DNA of 47,591 bases, from assembly GCA_900128565.1 (NCBI GenBank), contig LT635927.1, positions 1 to 47,591 on the forward strand, read 5' to 3'. The position numbers were made by a program, and so were the translations under genes. Under the pieces are notes generated by a model, which saw only the letters and a program-made list of their open reading frames with translations, ran no database searches and was not told the DNA's origin. How positions within the stretch are numbered: position 1 is the first letter of the stretch; the number at the start of each line of letters is the position of its first letter. Positions 30,019 through 39,239 of this stretch are shown one piece after another. The DNA is from Stramenopiles sp. TOSAG23-6. Taxonomy: Eukaryota.

Positions 30019-31389
30019 ATGACGCTTAGGATGAGGTCTTTTTTCTATAGTATTTTTGTTCTTTTCGAAGTTCATCATTCTATTGTTGTCGCTCAGAAAG
30101 TACAATGTCGGACTACTGCAGGAAGCTTTACGATAAACATGCATAAAGAATGGGCTCCTATCGGTTATGAGCGCTTCATGGAACTTGTAAAGTCCGATTT
30201 CTTCTCCAACCAGATTGTGTATCGTGTTCTTCCAGGTTTTGTTGTTCAATTCGGCGTTGCCGCAGACCCATCAGTTCAAAAAATATGGGATAGTCAACGG
30301 TTGAAAGATGATGTTAAACAAGATATCGATTTCACAGTTGGCACTGTTTCGTTTGCTGGAGCTGGTAAGGATTCACGCACATGTCACATCTTCATTTCCC
30401 TCGAGCCACAAGGGAAGCAACTTGGAAATGCATTTCACGAACGACCATTTGGTCGTATCGAAAATATTGAAGATCAGAAAGTGATCAGTAACTTTTACAG
30501 TGGTTATGGAGACCTTACAAGATTGCAGTCCAGTCTTGCAACAGAAGGAAATGTTGCGTTGAAGGATTTTAGCCGACTGGATAAAATACTATCATGTGAC
30601 ATTATTGAAACTGATAAAGACTACGTGGTAGGTCCATCCCTCATATATCTTATTTTCGAAGTAACAAATTCTCTACTTATTACGTTCATAGCAACTGAGT
30701 ATTGGATCTCGCGTCGTAGTGTACATAAAATGAGCCGCCTTTTATGTTGTGTTATTATTGTAAATATAATTTTCAGTCTGATTTACAACAGCTCATACTT
30801 TAAAAACTATAGTCGCTTTGTTTATAGTATTTCAACACCATTGCACTGGATAGCGGGATTTGTGGGTTCTTCTGGGTTAGCTTCTATGCTTATTACTGGA
30901 ATATGTGCCGGAATTTTAGTTGGTTCTCTCCATCGAAGTAAGGAAAAAATGAAGGAGATACATATAATTCTTTTAATTTCTATTTGGATTGGCCAATTTT
31001 TCATCTTCAAGTTCTTTGGTATGAATGATAATCATATCCATCATCTAGAGCTACTTCGCATTACACTTGCTGCAATATCCTTTATTGTAATATGTTTCCT
31101 TGATTGCAAAAGAATTAGTCCAAGACTTTCGTTTTCACGTTTTTCTAAAGAATTAGGAATGTCTGTACTGCTAGTGTTACCTCTCTTTCCTTGCATAGCA
31201 ATTGGATTTAGTGCATTATTTTTGTTTATAGTAAGCATTTTTAGCGCATTAGGTTTATCAACAGGAAGATCCAGTGTTTTAAATCCTATTATATATTATG
31301 GTACATTGTATGGTCCTTTTTCAGCAGTATACTGGCAAACGAAAACCAAATGTAAGAAAATTAAAGCTATTGGTCCACTACCAGAATAA
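30019..31389 (+). CDS. Signal-peptide cyclophilin-type PPIase fused to a multi-pass membrane domain
   Basis: Signal peptide; TTAGSF, WAPIG, YRVLPGFVVQFG, GTVSFA, PFG; then about 6-7 hydrophobic helices from ~30630. Confidence 0.85.
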   Translation: MTLRMRSFFYSIFVLFEVHHSIVVAQKVQCRTTAGSFTINMHKEWAPIGYERFMELVKSDFFSNQIVYRVLPGFVVQFGVAADPSVQKIWDSQRLKDDVKQDIDFTVGTVSFAGAGKDSRTCHIFISLEPQGKQLGNAFHERPFGRIENIEDQKVISNFYSGYGDLTRLQSSLATEGNVALKDFSRLDKILSCDIIETDKDYVVGPSLIYLIFEVTNSLLITFIATEYWISRRSVHKMSRLLCCVIIVNIIFSLIYNSSYFKNYSRFVYSISTPLHWIAGFVGSSGLASMLITGICAGILVGSLHRSKEKMKEIHIILLISIWIGQFFIFKFFGMNDNHIHHLELLRITLAAISFIVICFLDCKRISPRLSFSRFSKELGMSVLLVLPLFPCIAIGFSALFLFIVSIFSALGLSTGRSSVLNPIIYYGTLYGPFSAVYWQTKTKCKKIKAIGPLPE

Positions 31390-31491
31390 ATACAATTTTA
31401 TTAATCACTACTTGTATGTGATATATTAAACTAATAAATATTATCATCTAATGAAAATGTTTTGATTAATGTAGTTGTTCCTCCAAGTGCA

Positions 31492-32244
31492 TCATAGCTC
31501 AACTTCCACAGTATCGAAAGAAAATATCCTGGAAATATCAGATATATATACACCTCGTGTTGCTATAAGTACTTTATCAGAGTAGGGCTCAGTTACAGAT
31601 AGTTTATTCCACTGGAAATTGTTCTGAGTTAATAACTTCAAGAAATTTTGAACGGATGATAGATGTAAATCTCGCCCAATATTATCCGCTACAATGATAC
31701 AGTCGGTCGCAAGAAGTTCTAAGGTTATAAGTGAATGCATATGAAGTGCATATGTGGTTGAAGGAGAATCGAGAATAATCATATTGTATATATATCCTCT
31801 TGTTGCAAAATCTTTTAAAATTTTGCTGTATTCGCCATTATACAGATTATAATTCGAGCTCGAAGAAGCGTGTGATAAAATTGTTTGAGCAGCTTTATAC
31901 CAATCAACATTATCCTCCAAAGTATAAAGTTTATGATTTGGGCCTTTGAGGTTTCGAAGGATTGCAAGAGTCGAGTCTCCGCAGTGACCACCGACTTCAA
32001 GAATATTTATATCTACATTACCTTCAACAGCAAAACCCACAGCATTTTCAAGAATATGAGTTTTCTGTTTCCCAAGAGACATGCCATATTTATTAGAGTC
32101 ACAGTACTCATTGAATATTGTCAGGCACGAGTCAATATCACCTTTCCTGCAACCATCAGTGACAGCATTTGCAAGACTTTCAGGATTACCTCTTGCATAA
32201 ATCATAGTTGAAGTTACTATACATATAAAAGCTCTTAATTTCAT
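31492..32244 (-). CDS. Catechol O-methyltransferase-like SAM methyltransferase with signal peptide
   Basis: MSLGKQK, ILEVGGHCGDST, LYTLE, MIILD, IIVADNI; C-terminal EVEL. Confidence 0.7.
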   Translation of the reverse strand: MKLRAFICIVTSTMIYARGNPESLANAVTDGCRKGDIDSCLTIFNEYCDSNKYGMSLGKQKTHILENAVGFAVEGNVDINILEVGGHCGDSTLAILRNLKGPNHKLYTLEDNVDWYKAAQTILSHASSSSNYNLYNGEYSKILKDFATRGYIYNMIILDSPSTTYALHMHSLITLELLATDCIIVADNIGRDLHLSSVQNFLKLLTQNNFQWNKLSVTEPYSDKVLIATRGVYISDISRIFSFDTVEVEL

Positions 32245-32393
32245 TTTAAGTAAAAATAATATATGTCTTACTCACTATGAAATTGGTATCCAATCCAATG
32301 TGTTTACAATTCTTATTGAATCGAGGATTATGACTTTTTCTCCGCTTTTTCTCCCTTGGCCTTGAGGTCTAATTGATCAATTGATTTGAAGTC

Positions 32394-32426
32394 TGATGTC
32401 AACTCAACAGAGCAGTCAGCTGACTG
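32394..32426. promoter_or_regulatory. TGATGTCAACTCA motif and CAGTCAGCTGACTG palindrome in a divergent spacer
   Basis: 13-mer shared with 27952..27964; perfect 14-bp palindrome at 32413..32426. Confidence 0.45.
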
Positions 32427-32696
32427 ACGATTTTTTTGATACGAAATTCCGTACCTAATTGTTTTTTGACTAGAGGTACTATAACCACTGGCTGGCAGCT
32501 ACGCCCAACACACACAGCGAGAACTGCTGACGCTGAGTTCCCTAAAATAAGAGATTTAATTACACGTAAGGAGTTAAATTGTGGTACTCTATTTTATATA
32601 ATGGAATTTCAATCGATTGTTTGGAGATGTTTTGCTCTGGTTTGAAACGCTAAACTTATTTTCCACTGCTTGTAGAACTGGAGGACTTTCCTCATA

Positions 32697-35600
32697 ATGA
32701 GTTTTGACCCCGTCGTGTTTTCCCTCGTCTCTGACGACGACAACGAGGGGGATATTAGTTCACATGTTACACATGCTGTTTCAACTCACAATAATAGAAA
32801 TAATAGAATGAATCAGTCTAGTGAGAACCAATCTAGTAGTGAGTTAGATAATTTTAGTGACTGTATTGATAATGGTCCCTCTCTCGAGATAGAGGAAAAT
32901 TTAATGTCTAGCTCAAGTGGTACAAAGAGAAGAAAACGAAAACAGAAAGAAAAGACAGCCAAATCCTCAGATTCGGTTGATGTGCAAAACCTTATTTCAG
33001 ATTCAGATTCAGATTCAGATGATGGCTGTAAAAAAAAGAAGCGTATGCGCCTCTCGGACAAAGTGTCGAAAAGTAATGATGACTGGTTGGATAAGATTAA
33101 GCTTCGCTGCGAAACAAAGTTGCCTTCAGTAACAAGCCGCTTAAAATATGAGTTTGGATTAGATGATTTTTTAAAAGATTATCAGAAAGTAGGAGTTGAG
33201 TATATATGGAAGCGTATAGCTGCAGGTCGAGATGGTGCAGGAGTAATCTTGGCGGATTTCATGGGACTCGGGAAGACAATTCAGGTCATCACAAGTATAT
33301 GTGCCTTTATGAAAAATTGGCAACCGGGAGGAATCGATAATCCTTTGAATGGGATAGAAACGGATGTATCTGAATCTGATTGTTCAAGTGGGAGTGATGA
33401 TGCTGAAGAAGAAATTGATTCAATTTCTCGGAGAAAAAAAAAAAATAAATTAAATGGTAGTGTTGTCAAAAGAAAGCCGGTTACAGTACTTGTCATTGCG
33501 CCTGCCATAGTTGTAGCTAATTGGATCTCAGAGTTTGATAAATGGCTGGGTAATGATATGGAAGCAATGGGTTTAATCCGACCAGTAAAACTGAGTTCGA
33601 AGAATGCAAAATCTTATAAACGCCGATTAGAGATTGCACAAGCGTGGCAACGGAATGGTGGCGTTTTAGTGATGGGGTATGAAATGTTTCGCTTATTAGC
33701 AGTTCCAAAATCGATGCCAAAACAAATGCAAAAACAATTTCATGAAATTTTTACTGATCCTGGACCTGATATGATTATCCTTGATGAAGGTCATCGCATA
33801 CGAAAAGTGAAGTCAGTACTTACTGTAGCATTGAAAAAAGTGCGTACTAAAAGGCGTATTATTATGACTGGATATCCAATTCAGAATAGGCTTAAAGAGT
33901 ATTGGTGTATGGTAGACTTTGCCCGTCCTGGTTATCTTGGTAGTTATGAGACTTTTAAAGAAAGGTTTGAGTTACCTATTAAACATGGTAGTCATAAAGA
34001 TAGCTCGGAAATAGAAGTGACACACGCCCGTCGTAGGTCATATGTGCTTAACTTGGAGATGAAAGGATTAGTGCTTCGTCGTGGACCTGAAGTACTTTAT
34101 GCGATGTTACCTAATAAAACTGAATGGGTCATATGCACAAAGAATTCAGCACTTCAAGGTCAACTATATCGTGCATTTTTAAATAATAGAAAACAACATG
34201 TCGGCGAAGATGGGAAACCAACCAATGGAGGTATTCTTCAGGCATATCACATCTCACTTATGATTGTTAATCATCCTGATATTCTATACCAAGCAACACG
34301 TAAAGCGGATAAATCATCTTCAGGCAAAAATACAGTGGCTAGGAACAGAATTAGTGCACTACTGAATGGAGATATTGATGGTGGTATGATTAAGTCTTCT
34401 AGTGATAAATCTTCCAGTGATGATGATATAACTGTGCTTGGACATTACAAACCCTCTGCTTCTTATGATGATTCTACCTCTTTAGAATGGGCAGCACCAG
34501 CCTTTGTGGGTCATGAAGTAAATATGAATAAGGTAAGTAATTCTGGTAAAATGATGCTTTTAATGCGAATACTTTATCACTCGTGTCGAATTGGGGATAG
34601 AATATCTGTTTTTTCACAGAGTCTAGGTACACTTGAAGTAATAGCTAAGCAGATTGTAATTGCAAATGCGGACAATAAGAAAAGAAACTCTCGCGTACGT
34701 ATGAATTATCTCAAGATTACTGGGTCAACTTCTCTTGAAAAGCGTTTTGACATGATCAAACGTTTTAATTGTGATAAGGATGAGTCGAATGTAATGCTTA
34801 TTTCTACTAAAGCTGGAGGTGAAGGTGTGAATCTTGTTGGGGGCAATCGAATTGTTATTTTTGATGCATGTTGGAATCCATGCCACGATCACGAAGCAAT
34901 GTGTCGATCGCATCGTTATGGTCAGAAAAAAGCTTGTTATGTTTATCGTCTTGTTGGAGCTGGAACGATGGAAAAGAAAATATATGAATTACAACTTCGT
35001 AAAGAAGGTTTATCTAAACGAGTTGTGGATTCGAAAGCAACTGAACGTCATTTCACAGAGAGTGATATGAGTGATTTTCTAAGTATTCAGAAATACCGTG
35101 AAGCTGATAATAAAGAAGTTGATGATGTAAGTCATCGCCGGGATGATGTCAAAGATGATGAGGTAATGAAGTCTGTGTTGCATGAAAGAAATAAATGGAT
35201 GACTGAATACTATAGACAAGATTCTATGTTGAATATTGATAAAGAAGGGACGTGTAAAGAATCTGAGTATGCAGTTGCAATTGCTGATTACAAAAGTATT
35301 TTGCGGGGTAATGAGGATCCTGCTTATAGCTATCCAAGGGATTATTCCTACGGACACCAAAGTCATTTAAACGGACAACCAAATCAAGTAAACCAAGAAA
35401 ATTGTGTCAATATAAATTGCCCTCACTGTAGATCGCAACTTTCAATAACAAAAAATCCCCCATATTTTCCTTTTATTGTACACTGTCCTGTATGTTCGAA
35501 GCCTATTCGACCGGCTTATCAAGATGGATGTTTAGCCGGTGCAAGAATTTTACTCATCAAGCGTGGCATTAACAATTTTGCTCAACTTAAAGTAGCTGCG

Positions 35601-36344
35601 GAAGCAATCGGCGCTAAATTTGTCAAATTGCCAGCGCAGGCTACTCATATTGTAACATCATTTCAAACTCAAGAAAAGGTATTGCGTTGGCTCCAAATTT
35701 CAGAAGTTCCTGCTTCTACGTATGCAACACCACCATTTCAGCAACCTTATATCAAAATATGCAGATTCCAATGGTTGGAGTTGTGTACGTCTTTTAATTC
35801 TGGGTTAATTCCGACACCAACGTTTATTGTTCCCAAGGATAATAGTAATCTTTCTGAAAATCAGTTCTTAGAGTCGTATAAAATTGTCAAAGGTAACTTG
35901 GTGGTGCATAGGAGAAATGAAATCTATAATTTGAATCAACGACTAATCAATCATGGTGGTGGTTCTTTCTTTGAAGTTCAGTGTAAAAAATGTGGTAAAT
36001 GCTTTGCTATTCCAAGGAAAGCACCTCATCTTGATTGGACAACTCATTGTTTTCACTGCCTAGCAAAGTTTACACCGAGTTACCCTGAAGGGCATTTAGC
36101 TGGTGCAAAAATTTTACTTATTAAACGCGGCATTAACAATCACGCTCAAATTATTGAAACTGCTGAAGCAGTTGGTGCCACTTTTGTGAGTCATGTATCG
36201 ATGGCTACGCATGTTGTCTCAACACTTACAATGGAAAAATGTTTAGAGTGGTTTGCGATTCCAAAGTTTCCGGATTATACAACACTTCAACAACCAGAGT
36301 GGCTTATTAGAATTATTTCAAAAGTGCCCAACACAGTTAGTTAA
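32697..36344 (+). CDS. SNF2-family ATPase, ARIP4(RAD54L2)/ATRX-like, with two C-terminal Zn-ribbon + BRCT-like repeats
   Basis: ILADFMGLGKTIQ, GGVLVMGYEMFR, DPGPDMIILDEGHRI, TGYPIQN, EYWCMVDF, SGKM, VFSQS, ISTKAGGEGVNLVG, WNPCHD, RYGQKK. Confidence 0.9.
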   Translation: MSFDPVVFSLVSDDDNEGDISSHVTHAVSTHNNRNNRMNQSSENQSSSELDNFSDCIDNGPSLEIEENLMSSSSGTKRRKRKQKEKTAKSSDSVDVQNLISDSDSDSDDGCKKKKRMRLSDKVSKSNDDWLDKIKLRCETKLPSVTSRLKYEFGLDDFLKDYQKVGVEYIWKRIAAGRDGAGVILADFMGLGKTIQVITSICAFMKNWQPGGIDNPLNGIETDVSESDCSSGSDDAEEEIDSISRRKKKNKLNGSVVKRKPVTVLVIAPAIVVANWISEFDKWLGNDMEAMGLIRPVKLSSKNAKSYKRRLEIAQAWQRNGGVLVMGYEMFRLLAVPKSMPKQMQKQFHEIFTDPGPDMIILDEGHRIRKVKSVLTVALKKVRTKRRIIMTGYPIQNRLKEYWCMVDFARPGYLGSYETFKERFELPIKHGSHKDSSEIEVTHARRRSYVLNLEMKGLVLRRGPEVLYAMLPNKTEWVICTKNSALQGQLYRAFLNNRKQHVGEDGKPTNGGILQAYHISLMIVNHPDILYQATRKADKSSSGKNTVARNRISALLNGDIDGGMIKSSSDKSSSDDDITVLGHYKPSASYDDSTSLEWAAPAFVGHEVNMNKVSNSGKMMLLMRILYHSCRIGDRISVFSQSLGTLEVIAKQIVIANADNKKRNSRVRMNYLKITGSTSLEKRFDMIKRFNCDKDESNVMLISTKAGGEGVNLVGGNRIVIFDACWNPCHDHEAMCRSHRYGQKKACYVYRLVGAGTMEKKIYELQLRKEGLSKRVVDSKATERHFTESDMSDFLSIQKYREADNKEVDDVSHRRDDVKDDEVMKSVLHERNKWMTEYYRQDSMLNIDKEGTCKESEYAVAIADYKSILRGNEDPAYSYPRDYSYGHQSHLNGQPNQVNQENCVNINCPHCRSQLSITKNPPYFPFIVHCPVCSKPIRPAYQDGCLAGARILLIKRGINNFAQLKVAAEAIGAKFVKLPAQATHIVTSFQTQEKVLRWLQISEVPASTYATPPFQQPYIKICRFQWLELCTSFNSGLIPTPTFIVPKDNSNLSENQFLESYKIVKGNLVVHRRNEIYNLNQRLINHGGGSFFEVQCKKCGKCFAIPRKAPHLDWTTHCFHCLAKFTPSYPEGHLAGAKILLIKRGINNHAQIIETAEAVGATFVSHVSMATHVVSTLTMEKCLEWFAIPKFPDYTTLQQPEWLIRIISKVPNTVS

Positions 36345-36420
36345 TATTATGATTTACACTTTTAAAACTTTTATATAATGAATTTTCTTTTTGAAGAAAC
36401 AATAAACTACATATATGCAT

Positions 36421-37908
36421 TTATAAATTAAGTCTTCTTCGGCGACCTTGGTATTGCCAGTCATCAAAAGCTTCAGCTTCAAGCTCATCTCTTTTCACTT
36501 TTTTTCTATCCGATTCGTCTTCATTACTACTGTAATTGTCATTCTTGTCAAATGTGATATTACCATCATTGTCAATATTCTCAGACGCAGTTGGTTTATC
36601 TCTTTTATCACCGCTTTTGTATTGTGCATCAGACAAATGCAACATATATGGATTATTTTTCTTATTTTCTTCATCCGATGAAACAAGTTTCTTTGCTTTC
36701 TCCTCAATTGACTTTTGAGTTTCGATACGCTTTCTCTCAGTTTTAGATTCTTCCTCAAGTTTATTCTGCAAATCTGCAGCTTTCTGTTTTTGTATCGTAG
36801 CGAGTTCTTCAACTTTTCGTTCCCATACACTGTTTGCTTCATGTTCTGATAGTAGAGATGAACCAGATCTCAGATATGTTGCACATGTAAAAGTACAAGC
36901 AGGAATGACATCATTTGATATATTACCTTGAGAAAGAACTAAATGTTTATCATCATGACATCTGAATAAATTACAACCCATCCGTGAAAATCGAGATGCG
37001 TCTAAAGTAACACATATCTGTGGTTTTTCAGTGACGCCTGAAAATTTTGACACAACCTCAATCAATTTCGTTACATCAGACTGATCTTCATTAATTAATG
37101 TTGCCGCAAAGTGTGCATATGTTGAGTTCTTCCGAACGCAAATTCCTTTGTCGCGAATGACATTCCAATCACGTAGTAAACAAAAATATTTTATATCGTG
37201 AAGCTCACTATTTGGTTTTGTTAAAGGATAGACTTGTAACTTTTCGTCAGTAGTTTCAATATGAGCACCAGTAGCACGGACGAACAATTCATCATCGATT
37301 TTTGTGGATTCTAATCGAGCAACACCCAATTTACCGTGCACTGTTCCGTTCTTCTCGACACTAATTGTTTCCAAAACTTGAGCTGGTGAGTATCGAAATA
37401 TTTTTTTCAGAGAAGTGTGTTTTGTCAGACTATCCAATTTTACGTAACCATCAACTCTTGGATTCAAACCTTGACGACGTAAGTTACCACGTAGGACACG
37501 AAGATATGCAAGAATTGCAAACTCAGGGATTACCAATTGTTGTGACTCACTTTTCTTCTGCAGACGTTTTTCTATAGTATCGCTGAGAACAATAGTCTTT
37601 AGCAACCAAACGCGTCGAGAAGATCCAAAACGAATCTTACTACCTTCTATGATTTTTACAGGGACTCCTCGCTGGAGCTTACGACCATTGACAAACGTAT
37701 GATGCGTAGATCCTAAATCACTGAGCATCATTAATTGTGTGAAAGAATCTAAGCTTATCCTCGCATGCTGCCGTGAAATGGACGGATGTGCTAAAGCAAA
37801 TTCACAATGGTCACTATCTCGACCTACAAGATAGGAAGGTTTCCCTTCACACTTTACTGACTCTATAAATTGATTATCTTTAAACGCATCAAATGTGAGA
37901 GCTGCCAT
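36421..37908 (-). CDS. FHA domain protein with a degenerate Tpt1/KptA (RNA 2'-phosphotransferase)-like domain
   Basis: FHA: VGRD, HPSISRQHA, DLGSTHHTFVNG, IRFGSSRR. The central region is collinear with Tpt1 motifs (LR.., GL...DGYVKL, VRATGAH, W..I...G, AHFA, LD, LF, VLSQG...IP). Charged C-terminal tail. Confidence 0.75.
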   Translation of the reverse strand: MAALTFDAFKDNQFIESVKCEGKPSYLVGRDSDHCEFALAHPSISRQHARISLDSFTQLMMLSDLGSTHHTFVNGRKLQRGVPVKIIEGSKIRFGSSRRVWLLKTIVLSDTIEKRLQKKSESQQLVIPEFAILAYLRVLRGNLRRQGLNPRVDGYVKLDSLTKHTSLKKIFRYSPAQVLETISVEKNGTVHGKLGVARLESTKIDDELFVRATGAHIETTDEKLQVYPLTKPNSELHDIKYFCLLRDWNVIRDKGICVRKNSTYAHFAATLINEDQSDVTKLIEVVSKFSGVTEKPQICVTLDASRFSRMGCNLFRCHDDKHLVLSQGNISNDVIPACTFTCATYLRSGSSLLSEHEANSVWERKVEELATIQKQKAADLQNKLEEESKTERKRIETQKSIEEKAKKLVSSDEENKKNNPYMLHLSDAQYKSGDKRDKPTASENIDNDGNITFDKNDNYSSNEDESDRKKVKRDELEAEAFDDWQYQGRRRRLNL

Positions 37909-38177
37909 TTTTCATTAAATATTTATATTTTTCATAAATCTTCCCTGCCTTTTTGTGTTGTTACACAAGTTTGTGCAGTCTGACTTGCGGGGCGTATCAA
38001 ATCACGAGTGTCAATCGAAATCTCAAAATTTAATCGGGAAATGAAAAAGAGATTTTTTTCGGTCATCGGCGTTTTAGGTCAATCACTTGACTTGTATCGG
38101 ACACTGGACTCGGAGTTCATTAATTTATTACAAAGTAATCCAAAGGTACTTTATACACTCGGAAGTAGTAAATTCTG

Positions 38178-39022
38178 ATGACAATTCCAACAAAAATAAA
38201 GTATCAACCAAAGAAAGAATCTGCCTCGGTGCATCCTGAATTGTCTAAAATTGTTGCGTCAGCGCAGAAAGTGATCTGTTGTTCACTGACAAAACCAATG
38301 CCTCCATGTGATGTAGAGCAATTATCAGCTCTACTTTCAGAAAAGGTAACTTTGATTATGACAAAAAGAGACCAAGAAACGGATACAAAAGTTTCAACAT
38401 TTGTGGAACAAATAGATAAAAATACAATGTTATTTGCGGAGCAATTGAAAAATATTGAAAAAGACCTGAAAGCCTTCACAGAGTCATTCTCTACAAATAT
38501 TGATGGAAACAGTGAGTTCAAATACAGTACAGAAAATGACTTTGTAACAGTTCAATCAAATACTGAGAGTAATCATCATTCAACTAAACGAGCTTGGCAA
38601 GATACAGATAATTGCCTTGGAAGAGTGCGTGTACGTTGTCCACTTACATTTCAAATTAATTGTTTTTTTGTACCAAATTTCGTACCTAACGAATTTCAAA
38701 TTTGAGATATTTTTTCACAACTCCTAAACGAATTCGTTGTTCTGCATCTCCTTCAATTAAAACGTTAACAAACACAAGACGAAGTAAATTACCTATAAAA
38801 TCCACTGATATGTTAGCGACATGGTTCATGAATCACAAAACTAATCCATATCCGACTATACAAGAAAAACGAGAACTTGTAGAAAAAACTTCACTTAGTA
38901 TGCGACAAGTCAATAATTGGTTTACAAATATGCGTAAACGTCATTGGAAACCTTTGAAACAAGGACGAAAGCCGAGATCTTACGAAGAGTACAAGCTACT
39001 AGAAGAAATGAAAAAAGGATAA
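38178..39022 (+). CDS. TALE-class homeobox transcription factor (two reading frames; joining unresolved)
   Basis: 38702..39022 encodes RRSKLP...LATWFMNHKTNPYPT..EKREL...QVNNWFTNMRKRHWK with the PYP three-residue loop extension. The upstream ORF from 38178 supplies the likely ATG; intron-like sequence lies at 38631..38706. Confidence 0.8.
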
Positions 39023-39239
39023 ATGTTATATGAATGTATTATTTTTAACTGTAAAAAAGTATAATATATTTCAAACTGAATTTCAATTTGTACATTTTCT
39101 AGAACTATATAATATTCAAAAATAATTTATTAGTCTACATCTTCAAAAAAGTAATATAAAAACATACTACCCCTCCGTGTGAAAGCGATAAGCTTGAAAA
39201 AAAACGACAGTTCTCTCTCTCTTACACAAATGCCTTCCT

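Noticed and set aside
32997-33020. TCAGAT x4 tandem repeat
   Set aside because: Encodes a Ser-Asp low-complexity run inside the SNF2 gene.
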